A stretch of 64,000 nt of DNA, taken from the human T2T-CHM13v2.0 reference genome, Homo sapiens. Under the pieces are notes generated by a model, which saw nothing but the letters and a program-made list of their open reading frames with translations, was not told where the DNA came from and searched no databases. The translations under genes were made by a program, and so were the position numbers. Positions 16,823-30,189 of this stretch are shown one piece after another; the first letter of the stretch is position 1; each line of letters begins with the position of its first letter. The stretch is taken from assembly GCF_009914755.1 (NCBI RefSeq), contig NC_060938.1; one strand, given 5' to 3'.

Positions 16823-19711
16823 CATTTTTCACAGTGAGAGTCTCTAAGAGACAAATTCTCATGGTTTTTCTGAGAAACACTTTTTTGGCTTCCTTTTATA
16901 AATATAATCTTGCCTAATATCAGACTCAAAGTTAAAGATTCCCTTTCTCTTTTGTGTTTTCTGTTTGTTTGTTTGTTTTGTTTTTGGCTTGCAATATTTC
17001 TGATGAGGAGTCATTTGTCATTCTTTTTTTTGTTTGTTACTCTTTATGTTAATAGAACTTTCTTTTTTTCTTTCTTTTCCAGTTTGACAATAGTATGTTG
17101 AGCTATGTATCCTAATTGTATGTGCAATATTTTATTCCTAAGATTTATTGATGTCCTTGAATATGTAGTATTACATATTTGTTGAAATTTGAAAAATTTT
17201 CTGGATTATTTCTTCATTTTTCTACTATTATTTTCTTTCTTTTGTTCTATAATTCCAATTACTTATGTAGAAGACCATCCAATGTTATTCCATAGATAAT
17301 TGGTGCTATTTTAATTTAAAAGTTTTTTTCTATCTTTTCTTCATTTTGGCAATTTCTATGGAGCTGTCATCATGTTTACTGATCTTTTATATCATAGTCT
17401 AGTTGCTGTTAATTCTAATTTTCTTCAAAAATTATTTTCTGTGTCTTAATTTTGTACTTTTCAAAATTTTTATTTATTTTCTAAAATGTTCCTTCTCTTC
17501 TCGTATCATAAAATCTATTTTTACCTTCCAAAACATATGCAAAAAAAAATATTAAAGTCAATGTCTTCCAATTCTGATAGGTGAAGTATCTGTGAGTCAG
17601 CTTTGTTATGGGACACATTTTTTGGCTTCTTCTCTTGTCTTGAATTGTTTTTGTTATTGTATTCCAGATATTGTGAATTAAAAAACAACGGCAATTAAAG
17701 TACGGCCTTTTTGCTTTGTTGTGGTTTTCCCCAGAGAGCTCAAGCCTTTCTCTCAACCTGTTAATTATGGTGAGAAGCCAATCATTCAGAAGCTTCCTAA
17801 AGCTGAGTCAATCTCATGCTACAACACCACTTTTATTAAACTGATCTGAAATGTGATTAGTTCTACACCTAACCTCTATTCCGATGACCATCTTTTGGAG
17901 TTTGTTGATATATGAAATAGAGTTATATTTCACTATAGTTGCACAGTTTGGGTTCATTTTTGTATTTAACTCCAGCAATCTTTCTAAACCCATGTGTCAC
18001 CCTTTGTGCAAGAATGAATGTTATCTACTATACTGCTGAATCCCTGGCAAAATTCACAGAGACAGGAGAATTGTCTGATTGAGCAATTTATATTTGAGTT
18101 CAGGGCTTTTTCTTTTTCCAGTTTGTCATGCTAGCACACACTGTCATCTAAGGCTTAGCTGATTTCACCTCCTGCATACATTTTTACATTTTTTTTCCTA
18201 TGGCAAGCCTTTCTTATATTCATATTTAGAACCAAGTTTTTTTTTTTTTTTCTGGATGAAATCCACCACAGCTTTCTACTCACATATAAAACGTTTGTTT
18301 CTATATGGTATTCAGTTTACCACTCTTCAGTAGCGCTATGATAAAGTTTGTGTTTTTTAATATGTCTGGATTTTTCTTATTGTATACCACAGGATTGAAG
18401 GTCTTCTGTACCAATGTACCAATTTGAAGCAGAAGTTCCAATATCCATCTCTATTAATGGTTTTTACATTTTATGTGCTTTGGTTTGGTCTTGAAACAGG
18501 AAGCTCTTGTATTTCAGAGTCTAAGAAGAATATTAAAATACTATACCATAAGCATTTATCAAAATTATATATTATAAATAGTGTAAGTTTGCCAGATTAG
18601 GAGAGAAATTATAAAATATCGATTTGTTTTCATTTCTAAACTACGAGTTTTCACATTAAGTGGGTTCCTTGCTAAACAGAAGAGCAAATGTAAGGAATAA
18701 AAAACAAACCTTTAAATATATGTGTAGTATTTTAAATGCTCAAATTATTAATATTACTTTAAGGAGAAATGATTAAAAATATTAACACCCAGTTGACAGA
18801 TACATTGAAAAATATAACACATACTAGATATACAACTTGGTGTCTAGATACTTCCAGCTGTAAAGTTGCTGGCTATATGATAGTTCATGTGCCCTGTGGA
18901 AGTGACTAGGATGTCTGAGACATCAGAGAGTCACTTGGGAGCTCAAGGTAAACTATTTCCATATTTTAATAATGAGTAAACTAGCGCATTGTGGTGTACT
19001 TTTATGTTACTCAGCCAGCGACAACCAGTGGAATATTGGTAAATGGTAATCCCTTTTATTACTTATTTCTTTGGGTTTCCACATTCATTGTGGCATATCC
19101 AATGTCCTTGAAAATTCTGACAAATGTTTGTCTATGTGTCAAGCTAATCTTCTACAAGATAAGGTCTTTGTGGTAAGAGAATTCTATATTGTTTGTTCAT
19201 TTTGCATTTCAAAAATGAAATTAATACAAGTTTAAATGAATATATGTTATTAAATAAAATTTGCTGGCATGGACTTAGAATTAAAAAGAAAACTTGAGCA
19301 ACAAAACTAAGCACAGTAAAATATTATAAAAAAGTTTGATTTTGTATTTTTGACAATTTGAAATGGTTAGTCCTAAATTGAACTCTGTAATGTCTATTGC
19401 TACAGAAAGGCTTGTGTATAATTTTACTGCAAACAAGTTTGTTTAACTTCCTTATATAATTCTTGAAACATTTTCTAAGACCCTTACTTGTTTCAGGAAA
19501 CAGGGAAGAAGCAACAGTGTAATTTTTCAGTCTCATTGAATGTCTTTTTTAAAAATAAGGCAATTAGAATAGAAAAAAAAATCAAGGGATAACATTTACA
19601 ACAGCCAAAAATAGAAGGCAATTTCTATCCAATATGCAGCTGTGCTCAAAAGACCAGGAAACAATGAGATTTGATGGTGTTGGACTACCTTGATTCCTAT
19701 ACTTTTTCAAA

Positions 19712-19907
19712 ATAACTGAACTCTAAAGTGCTGACGGTAAATGTTCTAGTCTTTGCAGGCTATATGATCTAGTTCTGAATTCTAATGCAAAATTAGCAGA
19801 AAAAAATAAGTGAGCAAATGGGTGTGGCTATGCTCCAATTAGACTTTATTTATACAAAAGGAGGCAGGTCAGATTTAATCTGCAGTCTCTAGTTTGTCCA
19901 CTGCTGG
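19712..19907 (+). mobile_element. MER58A hAT-Charlie MITE
   Basis: ggtaaatgttctagtctttgcaggc...aatgggtgtggctatgctccaattagactttatttat...tagtttgtccactgctg. Confidence 0.7.
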
Positions 19908-20825
19908 TCTATACCTATCCCTAGACCACAATGCGCCCACATCATCACCTCATTCCATTATGGTTTCTTTAAGCTCATCTTCAAATTTAATATTTAGAAA
20001 CCCCTTTCAAATTTTGTTTCATGGCTCCAACTACCTCTTCTGTTGTTTTCATGAAGCAATAAAAAGTGTATACTTTGGCTTTATGAGATCTTCCCTTTCT
20101 TCCCTTGTATCTATATATTGTAACTCTTTTAAACATATTATCCATAGTTTGAACAATTTAAATTCAAATTCCAACCATTTTTTGTCAATGTTCAATTTTG
20201 TTTCATTTAAAAGTTCTGTGCATTAATTTTAGTGATTATGGGAACCTTACAAGAAGGAAAGCAGACCAATAATACATGCTCACAAGGTAGATTAAAATAG
20301 TAAACTGACATTTCAAATGAGCTAAAATGTACTAGGAAAATAATGGAAACTAACTACAGCTTAAATTAAAATTAGAATACTCAGAGATAAGATTATTAGA
20401 ATAAGAAATGAACATTTAAAAATTGAGTTTAAAACTTGAAAAGAATATGAAATAATTATAACCATAATAAAGCAAAAGGAGAAAGAAACTCAAGTTAATA
20501 AAGAGCCAGATTATTATTTAGTGCAACATGAACTATTAAAAAATTGTTTAAATCAAAACAAAACAAAGAACAAAATGAAAAGGCCTTGAGAAAGGATACA
20601 TATACAATATAAGCAAAGAAGATAACACATTTGTATGACAGGGATCTTCAGAAAAGAAGAAACATCAATGGATCAAAATTCACACTAAAACTTGAAATTT
20701 ATTTATTTTTGTTTAAATTGAAGAGGATTTTAAATTACTTTAAATAGGGATACACCATGTGGTTTGGGAAACTGGTCAAAACCAGCCAATTCTAAGATTA
20801 ATTCTAGTAAAGTTATTATACTTTA

Positions 20826-20963
20826 AATAAAACCATCAGGTCTTGTGAGACTTAGTCACTGTCACAAGAACAGCACAGGAAAGAACTGCCCCCACAGGGT
20901 CCCTTCCTTAACACATGGGAATTCAAGATGAGATTTGGGTGGGAACATAGCCAAACCATATCA
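20826..20963 (-). mobile_element. THE1B LTR fragment
   Basis: ataaaaccatcaggtcttgtgagact...gatgagatttgggtgggaacatagccaaaccatatca. Confidence 0.8.
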
Positions 20964-21274
20964 GTTAGTTTGTTCTACTATAACAATACCACAGATTGGG
21001 TAATTTATAAAGAACAAACATTTATTTCTTATACTTCTAGAGGCTGGAAAGTCCAACTTCAGGCTGCCATCAGGATGCATGTCTGGTGAGTGACTTTTAC
21101 TATGGCAAAAGTAAAACCTCTTCCCTCAAACCCTTTTATAAGTACCCCAATCCCATCCATGAGTGCTCTGCCCTCCTGACTTAATCACCTCTTAAAGAGT
21201 CCATCTCTTAATATAATCATATTGATGATTAAGTTTCAACTTCTGAATTTGGAGGGAGACATTGAAACCATAGC
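20964..21274 (-). mobile_element. MaLR LTR (MSTC/MSTD/MLT1A-like)
   Basis: ctataacaataccacagattgggtaatttataaagaac...ttaatcacctcttaaag...acattgaaaccatagca. Confidence 0.75.
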
Positions 21275-21385
21275 AATAATATATTGCTATGGTGGTTGTG
21301 TATGAATATATTTTACATGTAAATTTCTAACAGGTGATAATTAATCAGGTGTGATCACAATATTGGAGTCATTCAAGAAAATATT

Positions 21386-21679
21386 GGCTGGGTGCAGTGG
21401 CTCACACCTGTAATCCTAACACTTTGGGAGACTGAGGTGGGTGGATCATGTGGTCAGGAGTTTGAGACCAGCCTGGCCAACATGGTGAAACCCCATTTCT
21501 ACTAAAAAAAACAAAAATTAGCCAGGCGTGGTGGTGTGCACCTGTAATCCCAGCTATTGCAGGGGCTGAGGCAGGAGAATTGCTTTTAACCCAGGTAGTT
21601 AGAGGTTGCAGTGAGCTGAGATCGTGCCACTGCACTCCAGCCTGGGCGACAGAGTGAGACTCCATCTCGAAAAAACAAA
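21386..21679 (+). mobile_element. AluS (AluSg-like)
   Basis: Full dimer with TSD aagaaaatatt / aagaaaatgtt, inserted in an old L1 3' end (~21275-21900). Confidence 0.93.
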
Positions 21680-22090
21680 AAGAAAATGTTATTTTTCAGA
21701 GATGCACTCTGAAATATTTAGAAATGAAATACCTGGAGGTTACTTTAAAATAACATTTTATCAAACAAAAAAATAAAGGATGAATCAAATATGACAAAAT
21801 GTTGGTAATTATTTAATCTTAGGTTAAGTTTCAATGTACTATTCTATCTACATTTATGGATGTTAGAAAAACTCATTATAAAAAGTTTTAATATAAAATA
21901 ATATTATTATGAGTCTTAGCAAATTCTATCACCACTAGCATTCAGATGATTAATGTTTATTAAAAGTCACTATATTTAAATTGATCTGGAAATGACAATT
22001 CCTAAAATAATAATTTGTTAACTGTTAAGATTTATCAGTGTGTGTGCATGCTTAAAAGTTATAAAAAAAACATTATTTTTAGATTGCCAC

Positions 22091-24438
22091 TGATATGGTT
22101 TGGATTCGTGTCCCCACCAACATCTCATGTTGAATTGTAATTTCCAGTGTTGGAGGAAGGGCCTGGTGGGATGAGATTGGATCGTGGAGGAAGACTTCCC
22201 CCTTGCTGTTCTCATGATAGTGAGTGAGTTATCATGACATCAGGTCGTTTAAAAGAGTGTAGCACTTCCCCCTTAACTCTTTTACTTCATTTTCAGCCAT
22301 GTAAGATCTTCCTACTTCTCCTTAGCCTTCTGCCATGATTGTAAGTTTATTGAGGCCTCCCCAGCCATGCTTCCGGTACAGGAACTGAGAGTTAACTAAA
22401 CCTCTTTTCTGTATAAATTGCCAAGTCTTAGATAGTTCATTCTTACATTGCTATAAAGGACTAATACAGGAAATTGGTACCAGGAGTGGGGTATTGTTAT
22501 AAAGATACCTGAAAATGTGGAAGTGTCTTTGGGACTGGGTAATGGGCAGAGCTTGGAAGAGTGTGAAAGGCTCTGAAGAAGACAGGGAAAGTTAGGAATT
22601 TCCTAGAGACTTGTTAAATTATTGTGACCAAAATGTTGATAGTGATATGGACAATGAAGTGCAGGCTGAGGGGGTGTTAGGTAGAGACGAGGGACTCATT
22701 GAGAACTGGAGCTAAGGTAACTTTTATTATGCATTAGCAAAGAGGTTGGAGGCATTGTGCCCCTGCCCTGAAGATCTGTTGAATTTTGAACTTGAAAAGA
22801 TTATTTAGGTATCTGGCAGAAGAAATTTCTAAGCAGCAGAGTGTTCAATAGGAGGTTTGGCTGCTTCTAACAGTGTACACAGGCTTATATGTATGAGCAA
22901 AGACATGACCTGAAACTGGAACTTACATTTAAACGTGAAGCAGAGCATAAAAGTTAAAAAAAATTGCAGCCTAACCATGTGTCAGAAAAGAAAAAAACCC
23001 ATTTTCAGGGGAGGAATTCAAGCTGGCTACAGAAATTTGCATAAGTAAAGAGTAGCCAAATGTTAATAGCCAAGTCAATGAGGAAAATGCCTCAAAGCCA
23101 TATCAGAGACCTTCAAGGCAGCCTCTCCTTTCACAGGGCCAAAGGCTTAAGAGGGAAAAATAATTTAATGGGCTCAGCCTAGGGCCCTGCTGCACAACCT
23201 CAGGACACTGTTCCCTGTGTCCAGCTATTCCAGCTCCAACTGTGGCTAAAACGTCATTGGATACATCTCAGGTTGCTCCAGAGGGTGCAGGCCATATGCC
23301 TTGGTAGCGCATATGTGGTATAAGCCTGTGGGTGCACAGAAGTCAAGAGTTGAGGCTTGGGAGTCTTTGCCTAGGTTTCAGAGGATGTATGGTAATGCAT
23401 AGATGTCCAGGCAGAAGTCTGCTAGAGGGGAGAAACCCTCATGGAGAACCTTTACCAGGGCAGTGCAGAGGGGAAATGTGGGGTTGGAGTTATCACCCAG
23501 AGTCCCTACTGGGGCACTGCCTAGTGAGCTGTAAAAGAGGACCACCATCCTCCAGACCCCAGAATGATAGATCCAGACAGCCTTCACTGTGAGATGGGAA
23601 AAACTGCAGGCAGCTGAGGGGACTACACCCTGCAAAGCCACAAGGTTGGAGACGCCCAAGGCCTTTTTTGGCCACTCTTTGCATCAGTATGGCTTGAATA
23701 TGAGACATGGAGTCAGATGAGATTATTTTGGAGCCTTAAGATTTAATGACTGCCCTGTGGGCTTTTGGAGTTGCATGGGGCCTGTAGCCCCTTTGTTTTG
23801 CCTGATTTCTTCCTTTTGGGATGGTTGTATTTACCCAATGCCTGCCCTCCCATTTTATCTTGGAAGTAACTAACTTGTTTTTTTTTTTTTTTACAGGCTC
23901 ATAGGCAGAAGGATCTTGCCTTGTCCCTGATGACTCTTTGGACCGTGAACTTTTGAGTTAATGCCAAAATGAGTTAAAACTTGGGGAACTGTTGAAAAGA
24001 AATCATTGTATTTCGCAATGTGAGAAGGGCATGATATTTGAGAAGGGCTAGGGGCAGAATGATATGGTTTGGATTTGTGTCCCCACACAAATCTCATGTT
24101 GAGTTGTAATTTCCAATGTTAGAGGAGGGACCTGGTGAGAGATAACTGAATCATGAGGGCAGACTTCTCCTTTGCTGTTCTTGTGATAGTGAATGAGTTC
24201 TCATGAGATCTGGTTTTTAAAGTGTGTAGCATTTCCCCCTTCATTTTCTCCCTCCATCTCCAACCAGGTAAGACATGCCTGTTTCTTCTTCACCTGCCAT
24301 GAGTGCAAATTTCCTGAGGCCTACCCAGCCATGCTTCCTGTACAGCCTACGGAACTGTGAGTCAATTAAAGCTCTTTTCTGTATAAATTACCCAGTCTTA
24401 GGTAGTTCTTTATAGCAATGTGAGAAGGGACTAATACA
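22091..24438 (+). mobile_element. Complete THE1D-like MaLR element: 5' LTR 22091-22468, internal 22469-24059, 3' LTR 24060-24438
   Basis: Two homologous LTRs (tgatatggtttggatt...ggactaataca). The internal region starts ggaaattggtacc, and a polypurine tract (ggggcagaa) precedes the 3' LTR. Diverged TSD gccac/accat. Confidence 0.92.
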
Positions 24439-25938
24439 ACCATCTAATATAATTCAGTCAAATTCCTAACAATTCTGAACTGTTAATGATTACCTTTAAC
24501 AAATAACCCAGACTAAGAAATCAATTTTACAAAATAAATAAAATAAAACTGAGTGTTGATATCTATATATTCTTATTGCATAATGGATACTTCTCTTTAC
24601 TAAATGTTTGTTTTTTCTTAATGTAGACAATGAGATTTTTTAATCATTGTTGGTGGCTTTAACAAAAATGGTAAAAAATATAATAAGGCATTCTGATTCA
24701 TGCAGTCATTATGAATACACCATAAAATAAAGTCATCTTGCTAAAATTTCTTGGAAAAGAAGGCAAAGTTATCATGACTGCAATATCTTTGATAGCAAAA
24801 AAAATCAATATAATAAATTAAAAGTTTTATACCCACATATAAATGCCTTAGATACAGTCTAATCATTCCCCACATTCTTGTAAATTTCCCTAATGCCGGC
24901 TGTTTATGTTCCTCTATAAACAAATACTTTCCAGATAGCTAGGTTTTTTACGTTAGCACACAGTTAACTATAATATTTTACATGCCATAAATTTACACCT
25001 AAATCGTCCTTCATTTATAAAGATCTAGTCACATTTAAAGTTAATTTGCAATGTCCCCTAAAGCTCAAACCATATAAAGGTCAGTGAAGAAGTAATAATA
25101 ATTATTGAAAAAATAGAACACGAGGTGAAGATGTTAACAAAACACTTTATCTAGATCTCATTACAAATATATTTTTAAACTGTAAGATCAGAATAAATAA
25201 GCCTGATAATTTTTAGAAATATCTACATAAGAGTCAAAAACAGCTAGGATGCTTAGTTTGTGTTTTTAAACTACTCAGTTTGATTAACAGTGACAGCAAT
25301 TTTGTTATTCAAATGAACACAAAATTGCTTAGAGAAGGAGAGCTATGGAGATAGAAACATTGTTCTTATTTGAGATAAATAAACTTTGGTAAAGACGTCA
25401 GCTTAGTTCCTTCTTCTTTCAAATTATTATTAATATATTAGGATTTTAAATTCAAATTTTCTCCTCTGTGCTGACATTGGGAATCTATCTGTCCTCTATG
25501 ACCTATACCTAGGCATGGAATTCCCTGAGCGTCCCTCACCCCTTACTTGGGGTTTGCCTGATGGTGTGAACATATAATTTATTTTCCAAATGAAAACATA
25601 TTTGAGAGTGAAATAAATAATTTTGAATAATCACACTAGTACAATAAACATAAATGGAAACTGCCTTGGACAAACTGGAACATCTGTCACCCTGTGTATG
25701 ACACCTCTCTTCTGAATCACAGTCCATCAACACATTATATAGCACTGTTGTTTTGTCTTCAGTGCCAGAGCATGAGTGCGGGGCACAGATCTTCACTACA
25801 AAATCATCTGGATCCCAGAAAATCTGTCAGGTGTTCACTGAAATGTGGAGTTTGAACCCAAATGGAGACACTGAACACAAAGGCAGCTCAACTTAGCGCA
25901 GATTCCTTAGTCATCTCCTTGTTTTTAGGTTTGTTATA

Positions 25939-25969
25939 TTAGGTTAGTGCAAAAGTAATTGGGCAATTA
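25939..25969. mobile_element. MADE1/Hsmar1 TIR fragment
   Basis: ttaggttagtgcaaaagtaattg matches the Hsmar1/MADE1 TIR ttaggttggtgcaaaagtaattg at 22/23 positions. Confidence 0.75.
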
Positions 25970-26204
25970 GTTATATATCCCTAACCTGTTAACTTGCATT
26001 CTCAGGGATGTCCCTTCCCTTGTTTCCCCTTCTTCAATTTGAAGACTTCTACCCAAATGTGAAGAAGGAGCAAGAGCTTGGGTCTGTCACCTGAGAGCTC
26101 TAACTAGATGTCTTTCCTCCAACATGATGAGATATGTAAATGAATGAATAGTATCAGCCCTTCTTCCTCTGTTTTCTTGATAATTGCAAGAAAGTCTGCC
26201 TAAA

Positions 26205-26485
26205 CCTGAGAAGTCCATTTGGGAAGCTATTAGCCACATATGTCCATGAGCGCTTGAAACTGGCTAGTCCAAACTGAGATATACTATAAGTAAAATACAC
26301 ACCAGATTTGAAAGACGTGATATGAAAAAATAATGTAAATATCTCATTAATAATTTTTACATTAATTACATTTCAAAATGTTATACTGGATATATTTGGC
26401 TAAATAAGATATATTAATAAAATTCACTCACCTGTTGCTTTTTTCTTTTTTTTACTTTTTAATTGGCTACTAGAAATTTATTTGC
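26205..26485. mobile_element. MER33 hAT-Charlie MITE
   Basis: tagccacatatg...gcttgaaactggctagtccaaactgagat...aaaatacacaccagatttgaaagac...ggctactagaaattt. Confidence 0.8.
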
Positions 26486-27582
26486 CTTCTGTTGATAACA
26501 TTAATGAGTGCTTTTTTTTCTGTCTTTTACTTTATATCTCATTCCTTGAGACAGTACCATAGCAGATTGTGCTTCTCAGTCAATATGTTTCCTTTTCTAG
26601 CCTATTGAAAAATTTTGCCATGCAACAATATCTCGATAATCTTGAACTCCCTATAGTATCAGTGAGACTTTTAAAACAAGACCTAATGCTCCTTGTGGTC
26701 ATGACTACATAGATTGTCAATAGAAAAGCCTAACACTCAGCACAACCACAAGCACTACCTGTGATTGGAGTGGTGTCTTGAAAGGCAGGCGGATGGTGGT
26801 CCGTGCAATAAAATTCTGGTTTTACATTAATTTATGAAATATATCTCACATAACCTTGATTGACACTAAACTGCACATTGCTTTTTCTAATTGAACTTGT
26901 TAGATGTACAGTATACCCATGACCCTCATTTTGTATAGTTCACATCTGCCAAAAAGCAGTCACATTAATTGTAGGACTTTTTTTCTTCCTCCTCATCCTT
27001 CATTATCAATTGCAAAGGAGGCTCTTTCCCTGCCCTGAGAGAATATGACAGTTCTCTTTTTATAGTCTATAAGCACTTAGAATTTTATATGTCATACTTT
27101 GCATCTTTTAATAAGATATCATTCATTATATATGGTATCACGTGTGTATGTATGAAGGTGTGCATGAGATCCAATTTAAATTACATTATCTCCATCTACT
27201 TTCATCAGTTCATGTTGTTCACTAAAAGCTACTTACATGGCATTTCATACTTTCAGATGACCATTAGTAGATGTCAAGAAATAAATTACTATCAGAGGTA
27301 ATCTGACAGTTACTAATGTAACTATATCTTTGCCAAATACATTAATATATGGCTCTCACATTACCACTCATAAAATTTAGAAAATAATAATCCCCCATCT
27401 TGATTTATGGATAGAAAATTCACTTCTGAATTCACTACCCACTACTAATAAATAAAGTGATTTTAAAATCCCGTTAATTCTTCACTCTGCCTACATTAGT
27501 TTCTGATCAATTTCATCCATCCCAGAAAATACACCTGCATAAACATGACTCATAAGAAATGAACTATTGAAATTCATTCCTT

Positions 27583-27588
27583 CACACA

Positions 27589-27622
<34 letters not shown>
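27583..27622. repeat. (CA)n microsatellite
   Basis: About 20 CA units with one TA interruption. Confidence 0.95.
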
Positions 27623-30189
27623 AAACCCCTGAACAGTGATGGCTGATGGCTCTGAATAACTACCCACCATTATCTCCCCCATGTACAATTTTTGGTTTCA
27701 TTGTCCCTAAGAAAGCTGAAAAAAGCCATTTAGAAAATTGCTGATGGCTTAGAAAACAGAGTGTCGCAAAATACATTCTGAGGCCTAAAGACTGCATAAC
27801 AATGGAGAGAACAAAGAGATGCAGGTAGAAAGTATTCATCTGTAGAGCTTGTTCTCCTGCTTTTTTAAGCGATATAACTCTCTTGTGTGAATTTATTTCA
27901 CATATTTATATGCTAAGAAAATATTTATACAGCAGGACAACCTGGTGGGAACTTGGCGCAAAGATGAATTGAACACGAACCTTATCCCTTATGACCCAAC
28001 TTCCTCATGTGTGTGATTTGCCCTGTTCCAGAAATGGACTGCACAAAATAAGGTAAGTGCCACATGTGTGGTTCAACACGGCTCAAGCAGGGAGAGTTAG
28101 AGGTTATGAATATTAAAACAGATTGGTTATTCTTCTTCTCAGCAATATACATGAGAAGTGGGAACATTCATGAACGCAAGAAGATGTCATCAGGCTTCTC
28201 CAAATACACTGAGTGAGTAGAGAATGAATATGCTCTTTTTTTAACATTGCCAGTGAACTTTTAAAATTAGTTTTTAAAGAATTTAAACAAAGATTATTAT
28301 GACTGTGAGATGTAACATATGCAGTGGCTGTGGAGGCCCCCTTTATGGTTGTTGGTTTTATTTTTCTGTCTTTGCCACTGTGAACTATGTACTAATAAGG
28401 AGGAAAATATAACTTGAGAAACATTGGTAGATGATCTGCAAATATATGTTTTTTTTAACAAGGAATATAACATACCTATATAAACAGAAACATTTATTAT
28501 GTGAACATTTTTTGAAACTACAATCCATTTCCCCATGATTTCCTTCAGAAAAAAACCTGGGAGGATAAAAATCCATCATTTACAGAAATGCCTCTTAATT
28601 CTGCTGTGATTAACTGTCATTTACAACTTTATAAGGCCCCAACTGATTAGGGGCATGTTTTGAGTGGGAACAGGGAAAGAATCACTTCATGTAGCATAAT
28701 AAGAAGGAGAAATAACTAAATGTTCCTCTTGCCTCTCCTTTGTACCAGTTTTGGCATTATGTAGACAAAACATGGAAACCTAATGCAGCCAGGTGTCATC
28801 AGCCTTCTTTTTGCCCTGTACCCTGCCCACTCTGTTGCATTGAATTCATTCCATTGGCAAGGGATGCTTCCAAAGTGGAACCATTCATAGCCTCCTTATT
28901 CACCAAAGGGACTCCTACACTGAAGACATTTGGTTAATTGCAAAACAATGGAAATGTAGACATGGTCAAATGAGGTCAATATAAAGTCAAAATATTAGTG
29001 ATAAAACTAATAATCACGCACAGTATTTCCAGGCTGCAAAACCATGGGATCTACCATTGATTGAGACTAGGATAGGACTGAGATTTCATCATTTTGCTGG
29101 AGTTAATTATTCTCAGTTTTTCTTTGTCACCAGACTTTTTAAATAGGCTTTATAGATAATTATTCCAGGCTCTGACAAGGTGCATTCTTAGATGAAGAAA
29201 ATAAAAGTGGACTGCAAAGAAAAAAAAAATATGAACCGTCATCTCAGTCATCAAACAGAAAAAAGCAGCAAAATTAGAATTTAATGCTTTAAGTGGATGT
29301 TGGTTTAGGGTTCCTCTTAATTTGGGTCACAGATATAGAAGAATAAGAATACTATATTTTGCTGTGTTCTATCTTCTGACCTAACACTATTCTCACATCT
29401 ATTTAGGTAGAATGCAGCAAAACAAAGTTGGCATAAATGATATTACTTTATGAGCCCTTCCTAGGTCCCTTGAGAAATAATTTTTATGGTCAGAGGTTAA
29501 ATCTTGAAAATCAAAATAAACCCTGGATTATAGCAGGTAGTTTCCATTATATGTTTGTTTTCTCATTAACTATAATGCCAAATGATTTGCAAGAAACTCA
29601 TTTAAATGAGCCTTCCCCCAATCAATACATTTAGTTCATTAAAGACAACATAAAAGTACTATATTTTTATAAAATGAGGTAAAGTTTAGGTGTGTTTTTG
29701 AAATGCTCATTCAAATTATATTAGTCCATTGCAAAGGCACAGTTTAGAACACATATTATACTATTTTCCTTATGAAATAACACAAGATAATATAGCCGCT
29801 TAATTCATTACTCAGAAAGATATGTCTATTTCTCAACCCAAGTGTTGTTTTACTTATGTTTAGATTTTGTTAGTCATCTCAAAACCTGATTAAGTGTAGA
29901 AATAGATGGGGCATAAATGCAAAGTAAAGTTATTACATGCTCTGTAAACTCTCTACATATCTCTAAAGAGTCAGTGTCATTGAACAGGCAGTGTGATCTG
30001 CTAAACACTTTCTGAACTAGAAGTCAGTAAACTTTTGCCTGAGTTCCAAATTTATCGTTAATTAGTTAAGAGCCTATAGGCAAGTTTAGTCATCTACCCA
30101 GGCTTGAACTTTGAAAATAAATAAACTGGACTATATCATTTTAACATTCTCTTTTTCCCCTGTGTTCTCTGAACTACATTTCTTGTGCG

